A stretch of 64,000 bases of DNA from Octopus sinensis (lineage: Eukaryota). Made by a program: the position numbers and the translations under genes. Location of the stretch: assembly GCF_006345805.1 (NCBI RefSeq), contig NC_042999.1, forward strand, positions 9,300,001-9,364,000, in the 5' to 3' direction. Below are positions 27,081-39,700 of this stretch, piece after piece. The notes below the pieces were generated by a model. It did not search any database. It had not been told where the DNA came from and saw nothing but the letters and a program-made list of their open reading frames with translations. Position 1 is the first letter of the stretch. Every line of letters begins with the position of its first letter.

Positions 27081-27719
27081 ACAAATCAGTCTACGAGTGC
27101 TTGTGAATCGGCGATCACAAGTAATAATGTGCACGATTCTAGTGCGAGTGAAAGTGATTCAGAAAACGATTATAGTAATAAATCAATCGTATCCAAACTT
27201 TTTCAGGCTGCCGCCCCCTTGACACCCAGGCCACATTCACATGTTCCCACCCCGACTAACCATCACAAACTCAGACCTCTTTCTGAAGCAAATCCAAAGC
27301 GACTGTATTTCACAGATAAAATTTGACCTAATGAACCCATTATTTTGTTTGTTTTTACATGAATCGCTACCCCCATAATCGCCCCACTTCTCTTCAATGC
27401 CACCTTGGAACTTTCCACCGCCCCCAGGGGGCAGCAATACCGCCCCATTTGCAAACCACTGATATAAATGATCTTGATCTTCTTTTCACTTTACATAAAA
27501 TATTCTTTACATTCTACAGTTTTATTGCCATTTATTTACAAGTATTAGAAATTTTATTGGTAAAATATTTTCCTGGAAACGAATAACGATTTATAACATT
27601 GCTGCTATGGGATATTATTGCTCTGCTTTATCAATTTTCGGTTTACGAACGGCTTCAAGGAACAAATTAACTCGTTCATCGAGGCATTACCTCGATATTT
27701 CGATTAAGTATACTTCTAA

Positions 27720-28115
27720 TCTTTATATATAAAAGTAAGGTTGTGTGTCTGTCTCCTACGATTTAGATTCCTAACTACTCCCACATTTTGCAGTGCAGTG
27801 TAACCAAAAGCGGGTATCTTATAATCGTGATTCATATCGAGCCCTTCTGGGTATTAACGCGCGTCTACGATGAGTCTACGATTTAAAAAAAAAATTACCA
27901 TCAATTTTTCCCATTTTTAATGCATTTTTTTGCTATTATATAAGGGAAGTAACTCTCTAAAAATGTATTATTAAATCTCAGAACGTAAAAAGCTAAAGTA
28001 ACACCCCCACTTTGTGGTTAGCCATATTGAGATGGCTATTATACTTTACATCTCTAAAAATGCTTATATAGTTATTTCCCTTACAAACCCGAGCAACGCC
28101 GGGCGATACTGCTAG
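27720..28115 (+). mobile_element. Non-autonomous Helitron
   Basis: A|TC start at 27720, subterminal hairpin CCCGAGCAACGCCGGG, CTAG|T end at 28112-28115. Confidence 0.8.
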
Positions 28116-28926
28116 TTTAATATATAAAATAAAACTAAACGTTTTGTTTATTTAAATACGCAAACTGAATGAGGTTAACGATTGAGGCATGCTGTCAAAC
28201 ATCTTGTGTTCTTTCATCGTGACTATGAGAGCGTTCACACACGAGCATCACCATCACCTCATGGTCAAGTTTATGGTTTCAACTTATCAAGAAGAACCCT
28301 GAACGCAAACCAAAATGAACGTATATTTGTTTTCATTGGATATTCATATTTTTAATTGATTTCTATTGGTTAATTTACTTCGCTTGGTTTTGTCTTTACT
28401 TAAATCAGAAAGTTTCGGCCAGAATTAGTTGAAGCTATGTCTAACTTAAATAACTCCACCTGGAAAAGACATTTAATGATGTTTCATATTACAGCCATTC
28501 TTTGGCCACAAAAACCCATTCGAGTAAAGAGTTATTGTTTGCAGATATCTCTTGTAGACTGTTTATCTGGAATTTATTGGAGATATTCATCCAGGAACCA
28601 TTTGAATGCGATGACATCTTTTCCTTATTTTGTGTGTCTTACCATAATCTTAAAGAGAGCAGGGCCAACTGAGATGATTCTGCTGTCGTGCTGTGATGTG
28701 AGGCGAGCATCGTTTTGTAGATGACTGAGCTTTGGGTGAATTTTAGAGTTGATGCCAAAACCATTTGTGCAAAGTATTTTCCACATCCAACAAATTTTAG
28801 GTTATGGTTTAATTATGTTGAAGAAATGGCGGTCACCGGCTCAAAGCATTTACAGTAGCCACAGTTTATTGATTTCTTTCTTTGGACCAAAGTCTCTTTT
28901 GGCCTACCTTTTAATTATAAAATATC

Positions 28927-29157
28927 TATTTCTTTACTACCCACAAGGGGCTAAACACAGAGGGGACAAACAAAGACAGACAAACGGATTAAGTCGATTA
29001 TATCGACCCCAGTGCGTAACTGGTACTTAATTTATCGTCCCCGAAAGGATGAAAGGCAAAGTCGACCTCGGCGGAATTTGAACTCAGAACGTAACGGCAA
29101 ACGAAATACGCCTACGCATTTCGCCCGGCGTGCTAACGATTCTGCCAGCTCGCCGCC
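28927..29157 (-). mobile_element. SINE family B, full length
   Basis: Complete family B sequence. Confidence 0.9.
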
Positions 29158-29171
29158 GTTATATTATAAAA

Positions 29172-29560
29172 TAATATAAAATATCGTCGTCGTAGCACTC
29201 CGTCGGTTGCGACGATGAGCGTTGCAATTGATCCGATCAACGGAAACAGCCTGCTCGTGAAATTAACGTGCAAGTGGCTGAGCACTCCACAGACACGTAC
29301 CCTAAACGTAGTTCTCGGGGAGATTCAGCGTGACACAGAGTGTGACAAGGCTGGCCCTTTGAAATACAAGTACAACAGAAACAGGAAGAAAGAGTGAGAG
29401 AAAGTTGTGGTGAAAGTGTACAGCAGGGTTCGCCACCTCCCCATACCGGAGCATATTTGAGATGTAGGTGTTTTCGCTCAAATACAACCTACAGTCTATG
29501 AATCGAAACGGATCCTGCGACCGCGAGTCCGCTCCCAAACCACTGAGCTATTGCACCTCC
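29172..29560 (-). mobile_element. tRNA-derived SINE family A copy
   Basis: Reverse complement of the family A body and head. Confidence 0.8.
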
Positions 29561-30096
29561 ACATACAAAATATACAGAGAGCAAGTAAAAAACAAAAATC
29601 ATATTTGCATAATGTACATTAACCATATTTAATACTTTATATTTTCGTAATTTGTTGCTTTTTTTGCCATTAAGCGGTTAATTAACCGACTGATGACTGC
29701 GCTAACATTATTTACGAATAATAATTGTATATTTAACCTATTTATATTAATATGTATAAAGATTTACGTGGCGTAATAAAATCAGAAACATCGAACTCTA
29801 GATAGGAAATGCGGTCCTGCAAAGGCAAATCATTTCATATAAAACCCGTTTCTAGGTTAACTCGCATATCATGGCATCTTTTTTTAATTCTCATATTTGT
29901 TGCTTTATTTGAGGTTATTTATGATTATAGTTTTGCTTTGATTTATTATTATTTGTTTTGTGTAGCAAAAACCGAGGAGCTGTTCACTCATATACCACGA
30001 AAATTCCATGATATTTAAATAGATGCCTGTGTGTCGGAAGATGCCATGTGTATGGGGAGTTTGATATGGAACAGTCTGATGTACATACTAGTCATA

Positions 30097-30330
30097 TATT
30101 TCTTTACTACCCACAAGGGGTTAAACACAGAGGGAACAAACAAGGACAGACAAACGGATTAAGTCGATTACATCGACCCCAGTGCGTAACCGGTACTTAA
30201 TTTATCGACCCCGAAGGGATGAAAGGCAAAGTCGACCTCGGCAGAATTTGAACCAAGAACGTAACGGCAGGCGAAATACGGCCACGCATTTCGCCCGGCG
30301 TACTAACGTTTCTGCCAGGTCACCGCCTTA
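30097..30330 (-). mobile_element. SINE family B with a 16-bp TSD
   Basis: GTACATACTAGT(C/T)ATA at 30081-30096 and 30331-30346. Confidence 0.9.
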
Positions 30331-30944
30331 GTACATACTAGTTATAATCCACAGCCGGGAACTAGAACTGACATCCAGGCCTAATGAAGAGGCAGATCAA
30401 AGCGACCAGAGATGAATAACTTTCATAGGGTACTTATACTCACTCACTATGTTACTTAAGGCAGCTAAAAGTAAGGCGTTTGGTCAAATTAAACAATGAA
30501 ATTTCTGCTAATAAGATTTATTCCGGTCGGTTATTTCCTTTTTGGTGTGTGTGTGTGTGAACAAAGTAATGGAAACCTCTTGTTAAATGTAACTTTTAGA
30601 ACTCACTACATATTTGGTCCAGGTTTGGCATCAATCATGGTTTTTCAATCCATTGAGGAATTGACACTCACAGGTTCTTGACAGCTTTAAGCAGAATTTT
30701 CAGCCATTTTTAAAATTAAAACTTGCTTCAGCTCTTTCAGACAGATGGACGTGCGTTCTGACTTGCTGCTCCAAAGTGCACCATAAATGTTCAATAATAT
30801 TGTATATTTTGAGATCTAGTGGTTGTGGGAGGCCACTTCCAAGCGGTCTAAATCGCTATTGGGCACTTCATAGCAGTTTTGAAAAACATTAACCATGTGA
30901 ACCGGCATCTTAGAAGATAGTGCTAAGATCAGCTTACACACGTC

Positions 30945-31771
30945 TAACCCCTCCACCTCGCACATCTTCCCAAACCAATCCCATCCCGCTTTCAAATGAC
31001 CCCACATCCTGCGTGATCTCCTGATTCACAGTTTCTTCCCTAACCCCACCTCCCAACCTAGCTCGTTCCATTGCTCCCGCCACGCAGCCGCATTTGCCGC
31101 TACCACTCCAACACCACCATCCTCAGAGGCACCCATCATCGTCCCTATCATATCACCGATTTCTTTACTTGCACTTCTAGCGACGTCATTCACTGCATCC
31201 CCTGCTCTTTCTTCCCTTCTCTGTACGTCTTTCAAACGGGACGCCGCTTGGTTGACCGGTTCGCGGAGCACCTCCGAGACATCAGATTCGGCAATGACAA
31301 CACGGTCTCGCTCTACCAGTCATTCACTACAACACCTGTCTGTGTTCGGATTGTCTTTGCAAAGGGGCCATCCGGACTACCGCCTTCGCAGTGAACAGGG
31401 AATTCTCTCTTCGCTCTCTTTGCACCACATGGACTCAACTCCCCTCTTCTTTTCATCCGACTTCCCTCCTCTCTTGCTCTTATACCTACTTCTTCTCTTC
31501 ATTCCTACCTACCTTCTCACTTCATTGATAATCCCAATCCCACACTTACACCCCGCTCCCACATACCCGACCGCTACTCCACACCTCCACCTTACAGCCA
31601 CATCTCCACCCCAATCCCTACACACACTCATCCCCACACCATCCCACATGACTCTACACACACTCGCACTGACCACTTCCCAGTACCCACACTACATACC
31701 ATCATCCGCACACCCACACATTATAGACACATACACACGCACACATCCACACGTCAGTCTCAAGCCTCTAT

Positions 31772-31803
<32 letters not shown>

Positions 31804-32110
31804 TCTCACATACACACACGTACGCGCGCCGTTTGGGGATCACCAATATTTTATCTCCCCTTCTTTCTACCTCTCCTGTAAGACCTTTTTCCCAACCAAT
31901 CGCCATGTTTGATCGCTAAATTCACAAGTTTTTTATTCTCTCTGTTTATTTTCTCGAATTCCTTTCTAATGAAGAGCTTAGGCTCGAAACGTAAAAGACA
32001 TTCTCACTTCCCTCAGCGTCAGACTAATACACATGCTTTTTCATACACGTGTCTTCGTCTTTTGTTTTTCTGTAAATTTCAACACACACACACACATACA
32101 TATGTATATA
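30945..32110 (+). mobile_element. Penelope-like element (Neptune-type): GIY-YIG endonuclease remnant plus 3' terminal region with minimal hammerhead
   Basis: Translation ..HITDFFTCTSSDVIHCIPCSFFPSLYVFQTGRRLVDRFAEHLRDI matches the PLE GIY-YIG pattern FTCxSxNVIYCIxC..YIGETGRxLxxRFxEHxRxI. Followed by a CA/pyrimidine-rich tract and CTAATGA AGAGC TTAG GCTC GAAAC GTA AAAG (31966-31997). Confidence 0.85.
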
Positions 32111-32428
32111 TATATATATATATATATCACGTGATCACGTGACCGACCAGAGCACCAGATGTTTTACACATCGCTGGTCACGATGCATTCGCATTGTTTT
32201 AGCCATCGAATGACGCCACCCCGCTGGCTAAGCGAACAGGCCAACAGAAGAAAGAGAAAGAGTGGTGAAAGAGTACAGCAGGGATCGCCACAATCCCCTG
32301 CCGAAGCCTCGTGGAGCTTTTAGGTGTTTTCACTCAATAAACACTCACAACGCCCAGTCTGGGAATCGAAACCGCGATCCTACGACCGCGAGTCCGCTGC
32401 CCTAACCACTAGGCCATTGCGCCTCCAC
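32110..32428 (-). mobile_element. tRNA-derived SINE family A variant
   Basis: Reverse complement of the family A head ends at about 32428. Confidence 0.8.
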
Positions 32429-34185
32429 TATATATATATGATGGACTCTCCCGTCGCTAGACACCGTATGAGGGTTCGACAATTTCTTACTGAACAACCA
32501 GACAGATGATTTGTTTATACTGATCAAATGTTTGTGTAGACATAAGCTCACTCCCTCCGTCAAAGTGGCATTACCTGTACAGGTGCAACGGATGCCACGT
32601 GTCAGATGACGAAATGATCGCAGAGCAACGTGAAATGAAGTGCTTTCAAGAATACAACGCAACGCCCGCTCTGGGAATCGAACCCACAGTCTCGCAATTG
32701 TGAGTGCAATACCCTAACCACTAATCCATACGTGTGCGTGTGTGTGCGTCTGGGTTTGTCGACTGGTGTCAGTGTATCTGTCCCCATAACTTAGCGTTTC
32801 GAGAAAAGGGGGTGATAGAATAAATACATCGACCCCAGGACTCAAATCGTACTCATTTTGTTGACCTTTGCAGAATTTGAACTTGGAACGTAGAAGACGG
32901 ACGAAATGCCGCTAAGCATTTTGTCCGATGTGCCGACGATTCTGCCAGCTCGCCGCATAATGGAAATGATGATATTGCCTATCAGAGGGAGGCGGTGGCG
33001 AATTAGTTGAGGAGGGGGAGGGTGCTGGTGGTATTTGTGGGGGGGTGATGGTGGTGGTGGTGGTGGTATTGGAGATTGGTCGTGGTGAGGCTGGTGGTGT
33101 GGCGTGGCGCAGGAGGCGGTGGCGGTTATGGTAGTAGTGATGATGGCGGTGGTGATGTTGGTGTTGAGGGGGATGTCGGTGGTTCTGGTGGTGGCGATCA
33201 TTATATCCATTTCTTTGACCACAAAACCACAAAGTTATGTCTTCGTATTCTTCTACAAAACATATAATCATGCCGTTATTAGAAATGGCTTTGATTTTAG
33301 CAAATAGGATACAAGAAACATTAATATTCTTTTGCTTTTAGGCCTCATTTGATGTCTAAATAAATTATGAGATCAAATAAGGTCAAAATACCACAGAAAG
33401 AACTGCTCTTGTTTTTTGATGTTTGTTTCAATTATATTCACCACACAATGGTGAAACTTTCTAATAGGAAGCCATAAAGAAAAGAGGTAACGTAGGATAC
33501 AGGCGTTGATTAGTGTTTAAGAAGTTGGTTTCTCGACCATGTGGTTTCGAGTTCGATCGCACTGCACAGCACCTTGGACAAGTATCCTCTCTCAGACTCA
33601 CTTTTGCCAACGGTCCTTCAGCAAGAACACACCATGATACGAGAGGCCACGACAGACAGAAAGGATGTACCAGAAGCCAAGAATTTAAACTTACGGAGAT
33701 AATACTTACATATCGCCTGAGGAAACACAACTAAATCTTGTAATGCAGGAAAACGGTTGCGTAATCAAGTACTTGTACTATTGAAGAACTACGTTGCATA
33801 GCAACAATTATAGTGGCTGAAAATATATGTCCAACCGTACGCCTTCTTGTTGACACCATTTTTTTTCCATTTTATATATATATATATATATATATGGTTA
33901 TCCGTAATAATGAAGGGTGAAATTAATTAATTTGGAAAAATTATCAATTACACAAAGTAGTCTTCGGCATGTAAAAGCCTCATTCGAGGAAAATTTAAGT
34001 AATACTAAGCAATAAGGGTTTAGCAACGAGTTGCCTTACCACATACCGAATTTAGAAATAGCAGTCAAAGGGTTATAGCTATTTCTTCTACAAAAAAGGG
34101 AGATCTCAGTAAAAACAGCATTTGGAAGGCAGACCACAAACAGGTAAGAGAGAATGAATTGACTGCAATCGATCATACATTTTTT

Positions 34186-34310
34186 TAGTTATCCACGGAC
34201 GTACGTTTCGAAATCAAGTTTTAAGGAAGCATAAGAATTAGATATTAAATATTAAATAATAAATAATTCTATCTTACCGAAACTTCTTTTCTCTTCAGCG
34301 TAGAATACTA
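34186..34310 (-). ncRNA. Type I hammerhead ribozyme, left block (further copies at about 34798-34910, 35403-35515, 36007-36120)
   Basis: Reverse complement of the motif detailed at 36608-36733. Predicted cleavage between 34198 and 34197. Confidence 0.85.
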
Positions 34311-36607
34311 TAATCATAAATGATTATATATTGAATTTTGAGATACCAGAAGGCACCAACTCCACTCAGTATCAGAGCGAGCTAGAATCCGCAACTGGTA
34401 TCACCGAATTCAATTTGTGAATGAAACGATTGTGTCAACAGCCCCTTCCCACCCGCGTGTAGCCAAAACAAGATGCTGTGGTCATCTACTGAGATAAAAT
34501 ATGGTTATCCGTAATAATGAAGGGTGAAATTAATTAATTTGGAAAAATTATCAATTACACCAAGTAGTCTTCGGCATGTAAAAGCCTCATTCGAGGAAAA
34601 TTTAAGTAATACTAAGCAATAAGGGTTTAGCAACGAGTTGCCTTACCACATACCGAATTTAGAAATAGCAGTCAAAGGTTTATAGCTATTTCTTCTACAA
34701 AAAAGGGAGATCTCAGTAAAAACAGCATTTGGAAGGCAGACACAAACAGGTAAGAGAGAATGAATTGACTGCAATCTATCATACATTTTTTTAGTTATCC
34801 ACGGACGTACGTTTCGAAATCAAGTTTTAAGGAAAGCATAAGAATTAATATTAAATATTAAATAATAAATAATTCTATCTTACCGAAACTTCTTTTCTCT
34901 TCAGCGTAGAATACTATAATCATAAATGATTATATATTGAATTTTGAGATACCAGAAGGCACCAACTCCACTCAGTATCAGAGCGAGCTAGAATCCGCAA
35001 CTGGTATCACCGAATTCAATTTGTGAATGAAATGATTGTGTCAACAGCCCCTTCCCACCCGCGTGTAGCCAAAACAAGATGCTGTGGTCATCTACTGAGA
35101 TAAAATATGGTTATCCGTAATAATGAAGGGTGAAATTAATTAATTTGGAAAAATTATCAATTACACCAAGTAGTCTTCGGCATGTAAAAGCCTCATTCGA
35201 GGAAAATTTAAGTAATACTAAGCAATAAGGGTTAGCAACGAGTTGCCTTACCACATACCGAATTTAGAAATAGCAGTCAAAGGGTTATAGCTATTTCTTC
35301 TACAAAAAAGGGAGATCTCAGTAAAAACAGCATTTGGAAGGCAGACACAAACAGGTAAGAGAGAATGAATTGACTGCAATCTATCATACATTTTTTTAGT
35401 TATCCACGGACGTACGTTTCGAAATCAAGTTTTAAGGAAAGCATAAGAATTAGATATTAAATATTAAATAATAAATTTCTATTCTTACCGAAACTTCTTT
35501 TCTCTTCAGCGTAGAATACTATAATCATAAATATTATAATTTAATTTTGAGATACCAGAAGGCACCAACTCCACTCAGTATCAGAGCGAGCTAGAATCCG
35601 CAACTGGTATCACCGAATTCAATTTGTGAATGAAACGATTGTGTCAACAGCCCCTTCCCACCCGCGTGTAGCCAAAACAAGATGCTGTGGTCATCTTCTG
35701 AGATAAAATATGGTTATCCGTAATAATGAAGGGTGAAATTAATTAATTTGGAAAAATTATCAATTACACCAAGTAGTCTTCGGCATGTAAAAGCCTCATT
35801 CGAGGAAAATTTAAGTAATACTAAGCAATAAGGGTTTAGCAACGAGTTGCCTTACCACATACCGAATTTAGAAATAGCAGTCAAAGGGTTATAGCTATTT
35901 CTTCTACAAAAAAGGGAGATCTCAGTAAAAACAGCATTTGGAAGGCAGACACAAACAGGTAAGAGAGAATGAATTGACTGCAATCTATCATACATTTTTT
36001 TAGTTATCCACGGACGTACGTTTCGAAATCAAGTTTTAAGGAAAGCATAAGAATTAGATATTAAATATTAAATAATAAATAATTCTATCTTACCGAAACT
36101 TCTTTTCTCTTCAGCGTAGAATACTATAATCATAAATGATTATATATTGAATTTTGAGATACCAGAAGGCACCAACTCCACTCAGTATCAGAGCGAGCTA
36201 GAATCCGCAACTGGTATCACCGAATTCAATTGTGAATGAAACGATTGTGTCAACAGCTCTTCCCACCCGCGTGTAGCCAAAACAAGATGCTGTGGTCATC
36301 TACTGAGATAAAATATGGTTATCCGTAATAATGAAGGGTGAAATTAATTAATTTGGAAAAATTATCAATTACACCAAGTAGTCTTCGGCATGTAAAAGCC
36401 TCATTCGAGGAAAATTTAAGTAATACTAAGCAATAAGGGTTTAGCAACGAGTTGCCTTACCACATACCGAATTTAGAAATAGCAGTCAAAGGGTTATAGC
36501 TATTTCTTCTACAAAAAAGGGAGTTGCGGATTCTAGCTCGCTCTGATACTGAGTGGAGTTGGTGCCTTCTGGTATCTCAAAATTCAATATATAATCATTT
36601 ATGATTA

Positions 36608-36733
36608 TAGTATTCTACGCTGAAGAGAAAAGAAGTTTCGGTAAGATAGAATTATTTATTATTTAATATTTAATATCTAATTCTTATGCTTTCCTTAAAA
36701 CTTGATTTCGAAACGTACGTCCGTGGATAACTA
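36608..36733 (+). ncRNA. Type I hammerhead ribozyme, right block (further copies start at about 37220, 37831, 38435, 39041, 39646, 40245, 40843, 41438, 42036)
   Basis: Stem I: UAGU-AU-UCUACG pairs with CGUGGA-UA-ACUA. Core CUGAAGA at 36620-36626. Stem II: 36627-36709, closed by GAAA/UUUC then AAGUUU/AAACUU. Then GAAA and stem III AC-GUAC-GU (palindrome ACGUACGU), with GUC cleavage after 36721. Confidence 0.88.
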
Positions 36734-39700
36734 AAAAAAATGTATGATAGATTGCAGTCAATTCATTCTCTCTTACCTGTTTGTGTCTGCCTTCCAAATG
36801 CTGTTTTTACTGAGATCTCCCTTTTTTGTAGAAGAAATAGCTATAACCCTTTGACTGCTATTTCTAAATTCGGTATGTGGTAAGGCAACTCGTTGCTAAA
36901 CCCTTATTGCTTAGTATTACTTAAATTTTCCTCGAATGAGGCTTTTACATGCCTAAGACTACTTGGTGTAATTGATAATTTTTCCAAATTAATTAATTTC
37001 ACCCTTCATATTACGGATAACCATATTTTATCTCAGTAGATGACCACAGCATCTTGTTTTGGCTACACGCCGGTGGGAAGGGGCTGTTGACACAATCGTT
37101 TCATTCACAAATTGAATTCGGTGATACCAGTTGCGGATTCTAGCTCGCTCTGATACTGAGTGGAGTTGGTGCCTTCTGGTATCTCAAAATTCAAATATAA
37201 TCATTTATGATTATAGTATTCTACGCTGAAGAGAAAAGAAGTTTCGGTAAGATAGAAGATAGAATTATTTATTATTAATATTTAATATCTAATTCTTATG
37301 CTTTCCTTAAAACTTGATTTCGAAACGTACGTCCGTGGATAACTAAAAAATGTATGATAGATTGCAGTCAATTCATTCTCTCTTACCTGTTTGTGTCTGC
37401 CTTCCAAATGCTGTTTTTACTGAGATCTCCCTTTTTTGTAGAAGAAATAGCTATAACCCTTTGACTGCTATTTCTAAATTCGGTATGTGGTAAGGCAACT
37501 CGTTGCTAAACCCTTATTGCTTAGTATTACTTAAATTTTCCTCGAATGAGGCTTTTACATGCCGAAGACTACTTGGTGTAATTGATAATTTTTCCAAATT
37601 AATTAATTTCACCCTTCATTATTACGGATAACCATATTTTATCTCAGTAGATGACCACAGCATCTTGTTTTGGCTACACGCGGGTGGGAAGGGGCTGTTG
37701 ACACAATCGTTTCATTCACAAATTGAATTCGGTGATACCAGTTGCGGATTCTAGCTCGCTCTGATACTGAGTGGAGTTGGGCCTTCTGGTATCTCAAAAT
37801 TCAATATATAATCATTTATGATTATAGTATTCTACGCTGAAGAGAAAAGAAGTTTCGGTAAGATAGAATTATTTATTTTTAATATTTAATATCTAATTCT
37901 TATGCTTTCCTTAAAACTTGATTTCGAAACGTACGTCCGTGGATAACTAAAAAAATGTATGATAGATTGCAGTCAATTCATTCTCTCTTACCTGTTGTGT
38001 CTGCCTTCCAAATGCTGTTTTTACTGAGATCTCCCTTTTTGTAGAAGAGAAATAGCTATACCCTTTGACTGCTATTTCTAAATTCGGTATGTGGTAAGGC
38101 AACTCGTTGCTAAACCCTTATTGCTTAGTATTACTTAAATTTTCCTCGAATGAGGCTTTTACATGCCGAAGACTACTTGGTGTAATTGATAATTTTTCCA
38201 AATTAATTAATTTCACCCTCATTATTACGGATAACCATATTTTATCTCAGTAGATGACCACAGCATCTTGTTTTGGCTACACGCGGGTGGGAAGGGGCTG
38301 TTGACACAATCGTTTCATTCACAAATTGAATTCGGTGATACCAGTTGCGGATTCTAGCTCGCTCTGATACTGAGTGGAGTTGGTGCCTTCTGGTATCTCA
38401 AAATTCAATATATAATCATTTATGATTATAGTATTCTACGCTGAAGAGAAAAGAAGTTTCGGTAAGATAGAATTATTTATTATTTAATATTTAATATCTA
38501 ATTCTTATGCTTTCCTTAAAACTTGATTTCGAAACGTACGTCCGTGGATAACTAAAAAAATGTATGATAGATTGCAGTCAATTCATTCTCTCTTACCTGT
38601 TTGTGTCTGCCTTCCAAATGCTGTTTTTACTGAGATCTCGCTTTTTGTAGAAGAAATAGCTATAACCCTTTGACTGCTATTTCTAAATTCGGTATGTGGT
38701 AAGGCAACTCGTTGCTAAACCCTTATTGCTTAGTATTACTTAAATTTTCTCGAATGAGGCTTTTACATGCCGAAGAAGACTACTTGGTGTAATTGATAAT
38801 TTTCCAAATAATTAATTTCACCCTTCATTATTACGGATAACCATATTTTATCTCAGTAGATGACCACAGCATCTTGTTTTGGCTACACGCGGGTGGGAAG
38901 GGGCTGTTGACACAATCGTTTCATTCACAAATTGAATTCGGTGATACCAGTTGCGGATTCTAGCTCGCTCTGATACTGAGTGGAGTTGGTGCCTTCTGGT
39001 ATCTCAAAATTCAATATATAATCATTTATGATTATAGTATTCTACGCTGAAGAGAAAAGAAGTTTCGGTAAGATAGAATTATTTATTATTTAATATTTAA
39101 TATCTAATTCTTATGCTTTCCTTAAAACTTGATTTCGAAACGTACGTCCGTGGATAACTAAAAAAATGTATGATAGATTGCAGTCAATTCATTCTCTCTT
39201 ACCTGTTTGTGTCTGCCTTCCAAATGCTGTTTTTACTGAGATCTCGCTTTTTTGTAGAAGAAATAGCTATAACCCTTTGACTGCTATTTCTAAATTCGGT
39301 ATGTGGTAAGGCAACTCGTTGCTAAACCCTTATTGCTTAGTATTACTTAAATTTTCCTCGAATGAGGCTTTTACATGCCGAAGACTACTTGGTGTAATTG
39401 ATAATTTTTCCAAATTAATTAATTTCACCCTTCATTATTACGGATAACCATATTTTATCTCAGTAGATGACCACAGCATCTTGTTTTGGCTACACGCGGG
39501 GGAAGGGGCTGTTGACACAATCGTTTCATTCACAAATTGAATTCGGTGATACCAGTTGCGGATTCTGGCTCGCTCTGATACTGAGTGGAGTTGGTGCCTT
39601 CTGGTATCTCAAAATTCAATATATAATCATTTATGATTATAGTATTCTACGCTGAAGAGAAAAGAAGTTTCGGTAAGATAGAATTATTTATTATTAATAT

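Noticed and set aside
32842-33271. Pro/His/Thr-rich ORFs
   Set aside because: Derived from (GGT)n-like low-complexity sequence fused to a SINE.
39467-39655. 62-aa ORF within one array unit
   Set aside because: Open in only one copy because of an indel and a TAG-to-TGG change; other units have stops.
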